NCBI RefSeq assembly: GCF_035084215.1
Contig: NC_090358.1
Span: 9,920,001 to 9,984,000, forward strand
Direction: 5' to 3'
Length of the DNA: 64,000 nucleotides
From: Heptranchias perlo
Lineage: Eukaryota
Shown: in pieces, positions 12,620-23,630 of the stretch
Numbering within the stretch: position 1 is the stretch's first letter
Layout: each line of letters begins with the position of its first letter
Notes under the pieces: model-generated
Databases searched by the model: none
Told to the model about the DNA's origin: nothing
The model's input: the letters and a program-made list of their open reading frames with translations, nothing else
Translations under genes and position numbers: made by a program

Positions 12620-13212
12620 TTCGTTCTTGGGATGTTGGCAAAGCCGTATTTATTGCTGAACCCTAGATGAGAAAGTGGTGGTTGTCCTTTTCCTTGAATT
12701 GCTGCAGTCCTCATCGTGATGGTGCTCCCACAGTTGTGACAGGTAGGGAATTCCAGGATTTTGACCCAGCAAAGGTGAAAGGACGACGATATATGTCCAA
12801 GACAGAATTGTGTGTGACTTAGAGGGGAATCTGCCGGTGTTACGTTCCCGTGACTTTGCTGCTTTTGCCCTTCTCTGTGGTAGAGGTTGCAAAGCTGGGA
12901 AGTGCTGTTGAAGTGAGCTTGGTGTAGTTGCTGCAGTGCATTCTACAGATCGTACATATTGCAGCCATAGTGCACCAGTGGTGCAGGGGGTGGAGATTGA
13001 GGTCAGTGGCAGGGGTGCCAATCAAACTGACTTTATGCTGGATGGTATTGAGCTTTTTAAGTGTTATTGTCGCTGCATCCAACCTAGTGAGTGGTGAGTA
13101 TTCTATCACACTCCTGACTTGAGCCTTGTAGATGGTGCAGAAGCTCTGTGGGATCAGGAAGTGAGCCAATCATCACAGAATACCCAGCCTCTGCCCTAAC
13201 TGTTGTAGCCAA
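12620..13212 (-). mobile_element. Non-LTR LINE 3' fragment (same family as 51790-52567)
   Basis: IYKAQVRSVIEYSPL...TLKKLNTIQHKVSLIG is an RT C-terminal peptide. Nucleotide similarity to 51790-52567. Confidence 0.8.
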
Positions 13213-13580
13213 CACAGGATAAGGACACAGGAAAGCATGTTACACACCAGATAACACATAGCCTAGAGTATATATTGCAACTGGATAACGCACAGGATGA
13301 AGCATCTTGCACAAAGGATGGAGTTTGTTGCACACAGAACACAAAGGCTGGCATTACACACTGGATGACACAGGCTGGAGTGTATAATTCACAGGATAAC
13401 GCACAGAATGGAGTGTATTACACACATGATAACGCACAAGATGGAATGGCATGCTGGATAATGCACGGACTGGAGGGTATTACACAGGATGACACAAAGG
13501 CTAGAATGTGTTACACACATGATAACACACAGGATAACGCACAGGCTGAGCGTATTATACACTGAATAATGCACAGACTG
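13212..13580. repeat. Degenerate minisatellite (acacaggataacgcacaggctggagtgtatt-like units)
   Basis: Repeated acaca/cagga/gataac/ctggag motifs at roughly 33-bp spacing. Confidence 0.75.
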
Positions 13581-14059
13581 GGGTAGACAGAGATGGACCC
13601 TCCTGCTGCCTGGTTATATTTTTCTTATACATTTTCCATGAGGCCATCATAGGCCCTTAACCTGCGATATCCGTTTAAATTTTACAACTCAACTGATTTA
13701 CAATTCATTGCATTTTTCTAATTATTGCCCATTTGGAGGCCTGAGTTTAAGTTTATGACCCCTGAAAGTGATGAGTGACATGTTTTTGCTTCGGCAGCTG
13801 TTGAAATTGTTACTAAATTTTCATTATTATTATTGGAGTCTCAGCTTGGCTCAGTTGGTAGATCTGTCACCTCTGAGTCAGAAGGTTGTGGGTTTGAGCC
13901 CTGCGCCAGGACTCGAGCTCATGATCTAAGCTGGCACTTCAGTTCAGTACTGAGAGAGCACGGCATTGCCGCAGCTGGCAGCTTTCGGAAGGGACATTAA
14001 ATTGTGATCCCATCTGCCTGTTCAGGTGAGCCTTCAAACTAGTGGGGAAAACATCAACA

Positions 14060-14935
14060 AGAACTTTCATTTATATGGCGTGTTTAATATGGAACAATGT
14101 CCTAAAGTGCTTCACAGAGGCAGAATGAAAAACAGAAACCAAGGAAGAATTAGGAGGGGTGACCAAAAGCTTAGTCAAAGAGATAAGTTTTAAGGAGAGT
14201 CTTAAAGGAGGCGAGGTAGAGTGGCCAAGGGGTTCAGCAAAGGAATTCCAGAGTGCTGGGGCCTAGATGGCTGAAAGCATGGGCTACCGATGATGGGGTG
14301 AAGGAGGAGGCGGAATGCAAGTTAAAAGAAAGCATCTTCTAATGGTAGGGGGTTGTAGGAGCTTATAGAGATATGAAGGAGCGAGGCGATGAAAGGATTT
14401 AAATAAATGGATAAGAATTTGGAATTTGGGAGATCGGAAGCCAATGTCAGTCAGTGAGGTCTGGAGTGATGGGCAAACAGGACTTGGTGAGGGATGGGAT
14501 TCTACAGCAGATTTTGGATAAGCTTAAGTTTATGAAAGATGGAGGATGGGAGGCCAGCCAAGACAGCACTGGAGCCATCAAGTCTGGGGGGTCACAAAGG
14601 CTTGGATGAGGGTTTCAGCCACAGATGGGCTGAGGTAAGAGCAGAAGCCACAGAGGGAGAAGTAGGTGATTTTTGTAATGGAGAGGCCAAAGGCACAGAA
14701 ACTCACGTCAAGATCAAACAGGATGCCAAGGCTGCGAACAACCTGGTTCAGTCTGAGACATTGGCCAGGGAGGGTGATGGAGTTAGTGGCAAAGATACAG
14801 AGACTGTGTCGGTGGCTGAAGACGACGGCTTTAGACTTCTCAATATTCAGCTGGAGGAAATTATAGCTCATCCAAGACTGGATGTTAGACAAGTAGTCTG
14901 ATAACTCAGAGGCAGTGGAGACGGTAGAGTTGGTA
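14060..14935 (-). mobile_element. L2 LINE 3' fragment
   Basis: Minus ORF SNIQSWMSYNFLQLNIEKSKAVVF...VVRSLGILFD...ETLIQAFVT is a typical L2 RT C-terminus. L2-type tail (catttatatggcg) near 14070. Confidence 0.85.
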
Positions 14936-15519
14936 TTCTGAAGGATGAATCAAATGGCCTTCTTTGTCCAGACCAATCTGGTGATATTGTCATAGTTGAT
15001 TCATACAAATGTGGGCAGAAAAATGAAAGAGTTATATAAGAGTATAGTCTCACGTTGTATTTCAGTGGCTTTATCCAGTGAGTAGCTGAACCTTCAAGGC
15101 CAGATGATCTCAGGTTTGACCTGTGGTCTATGCTGAGTGCATCCAACAGTAGAGACTACAATGGGCCTCAGCACCTCCAGGGTTCCTTGTCCAATTTACT
15201 ATCCAGTTACTCGAGGTGGGAAGTATGCACGTGTGAATTTCAGGGTGAGGACAGAATCAGATCTGGTCAACCTGCCCCCAAGGTCAAATATCCTGACGAT
15301 ACTCATCATCTCGCTCATACATGAAAATAGTCACTTGGGGAAGGTACTGGACGGTGCCCTTGATACAGTGCAGTACCCCAGTACGAGTCAGTGTCTTTGG
15401 GGGAGGAGGATAGAAAATGGCCAAAAAACATAAAATGAGATGACTATTATTTATTTATTCTGGATAAATTCTCAGACTCATTAAATATTAGGGTTACAAC
15501 CCCTCAGTCAGGTACACCC

Positions 15520-15891
15520 AGAGAGGGGGTAAAGCTCCCTCTACAGGGAGAGCGGGGTAACTGCAGGATATAACGCATCCTCTACAGGGAGAGAGGGGTA
15601 ACTGCAGGGTATAGACTCCCTCTACAGGCAGAGCGGGGTAACTGCATGGTATAGACTCCCTCTACAGGCAGAGCGGGGTAACTGCATGGTATAAACTCCC
15701 TCTACAGGCAGAGCGGGGTAACTGCAGGGTATAAACTCCCTCTACAGGCAGAGCGGGGTAACTGCATGGTATAAACTCCCTCTACAGGCAGAGCGGGGTA
15801 ACTGCAGGGTATAAACTCCCTCTACAGGCAGAGCGGGGTAACTACAGGGTATAAAGCTCCCTCTACAGGCAAAGCGCGGTAACTGCAGGGT
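15520..15891. repeat. 40-bp minisatellite, ~9 copies, upstream of DET1
   Basis: Unit CCCTCTACAGGCAGAGCGGGGTAACTGCA(G/T)GGTATA(A/G)ACT, with tctac at about 15540, 15583, 15621, 15661, 15701, 15741, 15781, 15821 and 15862. Confidence 0.95.
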
Positions 15892-16820
15892 AGCGTCCCC
15901 GCGAATCCTGGTAGGAAACGGGACCTGTTTTAAGTTTCACAGATCGTGGCTCCAGCCCGGGCGCGCTGCTGGCCGGCTACAAACTCTCACTAACCAACCT
16001 GTTTCGTGCATTAAACAGCTAGAAGGAAACATCAGCACTGATCACAGTCGCCGGCTGAGTACCGGGCGCGGTGCAGTGTGGGATAGGTCGCCAGTCGCCG
16101 GCTGAGTACTGGGCGCGGTGCAGTGTGGGATAGGTCGCCAGTCGCCGGATGAGTACCGGGCGCGGTGCAGTGTGGGATAGGTCGCCAGTCGCCGGATGAG
16201 TACCGGGCGCGGTGCAGTGTGGGATAGGTCGCCAGTCGCCGGATGAGTACCGGGCGCGGTGCAGTGTGGGATAGGTCGCCAGTCGCCGGCTGAGTACCGG
16301 GCGCGGTGCAGTGTGGGATAGGTCGCCAGTCGCCGGCTGAGTACTGGGCGCGGTGCAGTGTGGGATAGGTCGCCAGTCGCCGGCTGAGTACCGGGCGCGG
16401 TGCAGTGTGGGATAGGTCGCCAGTCGCCGGCTGAGTACCGGGCGCGGTGCAGTGTGGGATAGGTCGCCAGTCGCCGGCTGAGTACCGGGCGCGGTGCAGT
16501 GTGGGATAGGTCGCCAGTCGCCGGCTGAGTACCGGGCGCGGTGCAGTGTGGGATAGGTCGCCAGTCGCCGGCTGAGTACTGGGCGCGGTGCTGGGCAGTG
16601 AGCGGAAGGCCTGGCTCTTACACCGTGTATCAGGTAAGTGCAGAGTGAGCGCGGGGCCGGGCATGGAGCCCGGGGACGCACCGGTGCTCACAGCTAGGCC
16701 GAGACACAAAGGTAGACCCACAGCCGGCCACTGAGCGCCCTGGCAACGGGCCCACTCCCAAGGAGTCCCTGAAAACAGGCACGGGGGCCTCGGCGGTAGG
16801 GACTGGCGATGGGCACGGGT
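15890..16820 (+). promoter_or_regulatory. DET1: CpG island / promoter and non-coding first exon of DET1
   Basis: Strongly CpG-rich region ~2 kb upstream of the first coding exon. Consensus donor CAG|GTAAGT, with the exon ending at 16633. The TSS cannot be placed from sequence. Confidence 0.7.
16045..16591. repeat. 47-bp GC-rich tandem repeat (VNTR), ~11.6 near-identical copies
   Basis: Unit CAGTCGCCGG(C/A)TGAGTAC(C/T)GGGCGCGGTGCAGTGTGGGATAGGTCGC; 11 full copies plus a partial one. Confidence 0.97.
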
Positions 16821-17612
16821 TGCTATGAACCTGGATACGGTATTGTGAGCCCCAATAAGCGGAGCTGTGTGTATCTGAGCATCATTAATTCTGTCATTGC
16901 TGCCCACTTTCAGTTTACTTTAAAGTGTTAATTTGAGGGGATACTTTTAAGCATGATACAAATTTGCTCCACTATTATGTCCTTCAAAGCCTGCTTCTGT
17001 CTGACCATTTTTCAGTGATCATGTTCGCAGAGTCTTAAATTAGATGGCTTGAAGCAGCTGTTGCATCACTGCTCGTTTGCAATGAAATAATGTCATTTAC
17101 AGTGCTGATGTAGCCCTATATTGTAACACAGTAATGGTTGGAGGGGTGCATGTGTCAGAGTAATGCCAGTATTTGTGTCCCTCCTTGTTATTCATGGGCA
17201 GCTCAGTCATGCCCAAAAGGCCATTACTATCCCATTCACACATTTCCCTCTACTGTGTTCTACAGATAAGCTTCTATGTTACTTTTCAGCCAAATAGACT
17301 ATGTTGTGGTGTCTCCAGCACAGAAGTTAAATTCCATGGGAGGATTGAGGAAAGTATTAAAGGAAAGAGAAATTTCAGATCAGGCAGTCACTCATAGGCT
17401 GAGGAAGTTAAGGTATCGGGCCCAGATGAACTTCATCGAAGGGAAAATTAGAAACAAGAGTAGTGCCTGAGGATTGGAATGTAGCTAATATAATACTGGC
17501 CTTAAAAAGGGGCAAAGGCATAACCCTGGGAATTATAGGCCAGTGAGCCTAGCAGTTGTTGTTAGTGAAATATTGGACGATATCTCTGAAAGAGGGGATG
17601 ATGAAACACCGA

Positions 17613-17808
17613 GGGGCCAATTTTAACCTAACCACACCCCCCCCCCCCCCTGTTGGGAAACTGACGGGATCAGGACGCTGGTTTTACACCCACTTGATTT
17701 TACTCTCCGTTGAAGTGAGTAGAGAGTAATATTGGGCGAGGTGTAAAACCAGCATTCCACCTGATCCCATGGGTTTCCCGCCCGTCCAGTTAGGCTAAAT
17801 TTACCCCC
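17613..17808. mobile_element. MITE-like non-autonomous DNA element (long imperfect inverted repeat) inside a CR1 remnant
   Basis: Termini ggggccaattttaacctaac and gttaggctaaatttacccc; internal gctggttttacacc and ggtgtaaaaccagc are complementary. Confidence 0.7.
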
Positions 17809-18029
17809 TTAGATAGATATAGAATATTATATGGGAGATAGTCCCAGTATCTAAAGTCTGTATTCATAACTGTAGTTTCACGTCCCTGGCATCACCCTGA
17901 TGAATCAATGGTCTATACTCTATGGTTTGATGTCCTTGGTATCGATGTGCCTTAGGAAATATTTCACTTAAACCATTTTAATGTTGTGCGACTCTTCTTA
18001 TGTGATATTCATAATCAATCCTCTAATTG

Positions 18030-18200
18030 CATCCCGAGGGACCACAACATGGTAGGAAGCCTTGCGTACTGATGGGACGATAACTCCTGGTCGGGCCACT
18101 CAAGCCAGACAGGTGGAAAGTCGGAGCCAGCCTAAAGGCAGTCCACTGGTCCTCCTAGTAGGACGTTGTGAGTCAGACTAATGACCTGGTCACGTAAAAA
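18030..18200 (+). mobile_element. Possible RTE-clade LINE 5'-UTR remnant
   Basis: actcctggtcgggccactcaagccagacaggt...gagccagcctaaa...tccactggtcctcc...cgtaaaaa resembles RTE-type 5' UTRs as I recall them. No ORF follows. Confidence 0.4.
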
Positions 18201-18794
18201 TGCCTTTCCTTATGGAAACCAGTCTGTTACAGATGTAAAAATAAATATCAACTGCGGAAAACCACGATCTGCTGGATGTAAGGCAAGACGATATAATGAA
18301 GTCAAATATCTTACTCTGGACAGACAGCAGTGAAAGAAATGGGTTGCCTCAAGTGCCACTAGGCACAGGATACTCTAACTAACTAACCTCGTTGCTTCCA
18401 TTGCTGCCACCACCAGTGATAGACCTGTACCCACCAGTACTTCACTCTTGTGTTATACAGTTCAAAATGCTCCCTCCAGAACATTCCCAGTTTAGAAGCC
18501 AGAATTTATAGTTGTCTTATTTTACAGTTCAAGTGGACATAGTATACACATTTCACACACCCACATATTAGATTTTATTAAATCCTAGGAGCAACATTAA
18601 GCGTGAAGTATAGAAATAACCAGTAAATAAATACCTAAGGTAATAATTCAGTGAGAATCATGCTCGTAATGATGTTGTTTGTGACACTTCGGTCTGGTAC
18701 CACTAGTACTGACCAAGTGGCAGACAGGCCTTGACTCTCTGCTTTTCAATGTTCTGTGTGCTGTTGCAGAGACAACATGTGGTGATGGCTAAGA

Positions 18795-19880
18795 ATGGGT
18801 GATGATGAACCTACCATCAAACCTCGTCGAATTGAAAATCAGAATGTTGTTTACCGTCTCGAGCGGCGGAGGATCTATTCTGGCAGGCCGGGTGCTCACT
18901 GGTACATGGTGCGTTGCTTGCATCAGAACGTATTCCCCAACTTCACTGTTGTTAACGTAGAAAAGCCACCATGTTTCCTGCGGAAGTTCTCTCCTGATGG
19001 ACGCTACTTCATTGCGTTTTCCCTGGACCAGACCTCGTTGGAGATCTATGAGTACCAGGGTTGCCAGGCGGCCGAGGATCTCCTCCAGGGGTACGATGGC
19101 GAGATCATGCTGAATGGTGCCAATGACCTGCAGTCCGTCAACATCCGCGGCAAACTGTTTGAACGCTTCTTCGTCTTGCTGCACGTCACCAGCGTGGCGT
19201 CGAATGGGGAGCACCTGAATCGTGAGTGCAGCTTGTTCACCGATGACTGCCGGTATGTCATCGTTGGCTCTGCTGCTTACCTCCCTGAAGAACCTCATCC
19301 CCTCTTCTTCGAGGTTTACCGAAACAATGAGTCCGTTACGCCAAACCCTCGCTCTCCATTAGAAGATTATTCTCTGCACATCATTGACCTGCACACAGGT
19401 AGTCTCTGTGACACGAGGACCTTTAAGTGCGACAAGATCATTCTCTCGCACAACCAAGGGCTTTACCTGTATAAAAATATCTTGGCTATTCTCTCCGTAC
19501 AGCATCAGACCATTCACGTGTTCCAGGTTACCCCTGAAGGAACTTTCATTGATGTTCGAACCATTGGGCGCTTCTGCTATGAAGATGATCTCCTTACCGT
19601 CTCGGCTGTGTATCCTGAGGTGCAGGGTGACGTACAGAACGCCACCTCTCGGCCCTTTAAGGAGAAGACACTGAACTCTTTGAAGCACAGGCTGCTGGTG
19701 TATCTGTGGCAAAGGGCAGAGCACGATGGTAGCGCCGCAGCTAAGCGCCGTTTCTTTCAGTATTTCGACCAGTTGCAGCAACTGCGCATGTGGAAGATGC
19801 AGCTCCTGGATGAGAACCACCTCCTGATAAAGTACACGAGTGAGGACGTGGTGACCCTCCGGGTCACGGACCCCTCCCAG
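18795..19880 (+). CDS. DET1: DET1 homolog (COP1/CRL4 E3 ligase partner), coding exon 1 (exon starts 18770)
   Basis: [27 protein letters not shown]...[34 protein letters not shown]...[11 protein letters not shown] is clearly DET1. Acceptor ttgcag|18770; donor CAG|gtacag at 19881; 1086 nt, phase 0. Confidence 0.98.
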
Positions 19881-22247
19881 GTACAGAACCAACACGCACT
19901 GGTGAACAGGTTATAGCCCCTCTCCACCCCAGTATAATGGCGCTTAAAGTGCTCAGTGGAAGGACACGTTGAACTGTTTGATACAAAGGCCCTGAAGTTC
20001 CGGGAATGGGGAAGGTTAGCTTTGTGGTACAATGCCTGTAGGAATGGGTGGCCAGATCCAGGTTCCTTCCCTTTCTAGCCCTATAGTGGCAAGGCCTAAA
20101 AACCGCTCGCCCAAAAATGGATGGGTGCATTATAATCTTATGTACGCCTTTAGCAATGCTGGACTCCAGGGACGTCTTTGAGTCCAGTGTCTAATGTTGC
20201 TGGAGCCATGAGCGGGAGGGGATTCCTGCATTGAAAGGCTGGTTTTTGGAGTGTAACTGATCACAGAGCAATCGATTGTATCGCCAAAACTGTCAGGAGG
20301 GCACCAGAGAAGTTTTAAAATTTTTGAGGCTACTCACCAGAGCCCTGTGGGACTGCCAATACTGCAACAGTGTGTCGCAGTTTAATTGATCCCTTGCCCC
20401 AGTCAGTTGGAAACAGCGCAGGCACCTGCCTTTAATGTTTAAATTACCTTGACCCTGGGATTTCTGATGGGGTCAGTGACACTTGCATTGGACAGTTGGA
20501 AGCTTTGCTCTGCCCAAGATCCCTCCCCAGGAATTTGTGGGCTAGAGTGTATTTTGCAGCATTCCAAATATTTTATGCACTTGTTCTGCACAAGCCCTTG
20601 GATTCCTCGATAACTCTGTGGTAAATGCACTGACTGATGTCGTACTAAACTGCTAGACCAGAAGACCCCTCCCTAGACTCCTCTGTCTTCCCTGTCTTAG
20701 AAACTAAAATCCTTCTCTTTGATCATGCCTTCAGGCTCCCTTCAACCTCTTCTGTTTTCCCTCCTGCTCACTATTCTCTGTTTTTGTCTTCACTGCTCTG
20801 AGACCTCTTGTATGTGGGGAGTGCTATAAAAATGTCGGAGATTGTTGTCCAAGATTTAGTCCGTGGTTTGTGTTCAGTCTATGGTGGGGTGCTGCAACTG
20901 GCCTCGGTGTCCCTGAGTTATGATGAGAAGTTAGTTAGGGTATCTGTTCCTGATCACTGTCCAGTGACTTCTGCTGGAAAATGTATCTGTGGATAAGATC
21001 GAGCTCAGCAGCAATGGCCCCTGCAGTTTAACAGCTTGCCAACACTTGCTGTCGTAGCGCACATGAAGAATGGACATGTGGGTAAGATAGCAGAGGCCGT
21101 TAAAACTGTATCCCAGCCAGAGTTAGTGCCTTCGGTAGTGGAGAGGGGAGGAAGAAATCAAAACCAGTAGTAGTATCCTTCATTCCTCTCCCTCAGTAAA
21201 ATAATCCAACATAATCAATGTGAAAATGTTTTCAGGGGTTCATCCATCATATACCATATGCTGTAAAAGTAACACTTAATAGGATAATTTACCAAAAAAG
21301 ATATCGCTCAGCTCGATAAAGGAGGCATCAAAAGATGGCTACCTTTTAAAGAAGCAGACACAGATTGTAACCATTCCCACATCCATAAATTAATGCTCCT
21401 GCACTGTGTCAGCATCTATAATCACAAATTTTTGGACACTCAAGATTGATTTGATTGATGTTGGGTTTAATATGCTCCGATTAGTATAAACATCATTGCA
21501 ATTAAATATTCAGAGTAATTCAGAAAGATGCTCCTCCATGGGATAGAGAAAGCAGTTTGTTTTTACTCTTAAATTCTGAAATGAAAACATAAAATGCTGG
21601 CGATACATGGTAGGTCAGTCAGCATCTTAAGGAGGAAAGAGGCTTAGGTTTTGACCCTTTAGAAGTTAACAACTTTTGCCTGGATCATTTGGTAAAGGGA
21701 AGGTGTAACTGAACCGTACAGACTAGGAAGATCTATGTGGAGTTAGTTGTTCTCAATCAGGACAGTGGTTAAGACATCTACCTCTCCACCTGCACTTTCT
21801 GCCTTATAATCTCATCTCTCTTTTCCTGGGCCCATTCCTAACGCTTATCTGTGTAGCACCTTGGATCATTTTCTCTGCAATACACAAATTCAAGTTGTTT
21901 GTATCCTGCCGACACTGACTGTCCAGGTTTGTACTGGAGGTGGGGAGAAAATGTGGAGGAGGGGAAGAAACCCTTGCATTTTAAAATAAAATTTTAAAGT
22001 GCTTGCAGATATCTGCCCCCCCGCCCCCCCACACACATACACAATTGGAATCAGTGTTTCAGAGGCAAGCGTCACTAAGATGCTTCCACACACCGGCCAG
22101 ATTTTCCACGCCACAGGTGTTGCAATTCCCTCCAGACGACGTCCTATGTTAATAGTTGACTGTCTGTGAATGTTCATTGATTGGTATTTTGCTGTCCTCA
22201 GGCTCATTTTTCCCCTCTTTGTGCTGTTCTGCCTCTGCTCCCTGCAG

Positions 22248-22438
22248 CCGTCATTCTTTGTCGTGTACAACATGGTGACCACCCGGGTCCTGGCTGTGTT
22301 TGAGAACACTTGTGACGAGCTTTTACAGCTGTTTGAAAATTTCTGTGACCTCTATCGAAACGCCACATTGCACAGTGAGGCCGTACAGTTCCCGTGCTCT
22401 GCATCCAGCAATAACTTTGCCAGACAAATCCAGCGAAG
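22248..22438 (+). CDS. DET1: DET1 coding exon 2
   Basis: cctgcag|[63 protein letters not shown]|gtgagt; 191 nt, ends in phase 2. Confidence 0.97.
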
Positions 22439-22897
22439 GTGAGTGATCCTTTTGCTCCCTGAAACACTACTTTATATTTTCAATTTCTGTCTGTATTTGT
22501 TGGCCAGAGGAAGGCTAACGGTGCCGGTAATGTGAACATGCGTGTTACAGATTAGCTATGGAAATGTTCCCTCATATTCCACACTGATGTTTCCCAGGTG
22601 AATGCACATCGCTGTTTACATAAAAAGGAAAAACTGAAACTGCTGGAAATGATGTTAATACATCCGTGACTAATAGCGCACAGTGTGGCTTCAACCTTCA
22701 AAGGGGTCCTCCTGGAGATTCTCTGATATCTTTCCCTATACAAAACCATTCTTAATCTACAACTGAAGTATAGATTCTGTATAAATAAAGACAGTGACAC
22801 TGGGAGATTCAGAAACTTGCTCAGCAGAAATGTTGACATAACAATTTAGATGTCGATACAAAGCGTAACCAAAAGTTGTGACAACGGGAAATAAGAG

Positions 22898-23258
22898 TTC
22901 CAGACTTTCACTACTCTTTGTGTGAAGAAGTGCTTCCTGATATCACCCCTAAACGGCCTAGCTTAAATTTTAAGGGGCATAACCTTAAAATTAGTGTTAG
23001 GCTGTTCAGGGGTGATGTCAGGAAGCACTTCTTCACACAAAGGGTGGTGAAAATCTGGAACTCTCTCGCCTAAAATGCTGTTGAGGCCGGGGGTCAGTTG
23101 AAAATTTCAAAACTAAGATTGATAGGTTTTTGTTAGGTAAGAGTATTAAGGGTAACGGAACCAAGGCGGGTAGATGGAGTTAAGATACAGACTAGCCATG
23201 ATCTAATTGAATGGCGGAACAGGTTTGAGGGACTGAATGGCCTACTCCTGTTCCTGTG
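22898..23258 (+). mobile_element. CR1 3' fragment with an inverted 5' segment (hairpin)
   Basis: 22898-22975 (ttccagactttcactactctttgtgtgaagaagtgcttcctgatatcacccct...) is the approximate reverse complement of 22983-23060 (...aggggtgatgtcaggaagcacttcttcacacaaagggtggtgaaaatctggaa). A CR1 3' UTR follows. Confidence 0.85.
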
Positions 23259-23630
23259 TAAGGTGTGTGGTCAAGGGGTGTGCCCTTCAAGCAAGATTTT
23301 TAATAAAATATAGATTGTTATGCCCTTTTTCATTTAATGGCTTCACATTTTCTTTGACAAATTGTAGCTGAAAGAGGACAGGAATTTTGATTTTTGCCAC
23401 ATGTATTTTAACATGTTATGAATGTTAATGCTGAACAGTTTGGGTCTGACTGGGTGTCCTGCATGGATGGAGCCGGCAATGAGCCATGAGGTGAGCGATG
23501 GCCCAAATCCTTAGGGTTCCAACTTGATTCCTATCAGAACATAATTGTCATGTCCTTGGGAAGCAGCTCCGCCAGGCCCCAGAATGGCACTCATACAGGT
23601 GATGGACTCAGTCCTGCCATGAGAATGAAG

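Noticed and set aside
16045-16591. CRISPR-like array
   Set aside because: Units are contiguous with no unique spacers, there are no cas genes, and the context is a vertebrate genome.
16019-16907. Long minus-strand ORFs (220 and 291 aa) with repeating peptide
   Set aside because: They are translations of the stop-free 47-bp VNTR, cycling through three frames; no protein-like signal.
18795-19916. 373-aa single-exon DET1 protein
   Set aside because: The last 11 residues are intron read-through past the donor at 19881; three downstream exons complete the canonical protein.
18789-20130. Antisense and alternative-frame ORFs over DET1 coding exon 1
   Set aside because: Shadow ORFs of a coding exon with biased codon usage; no recognisable homology.
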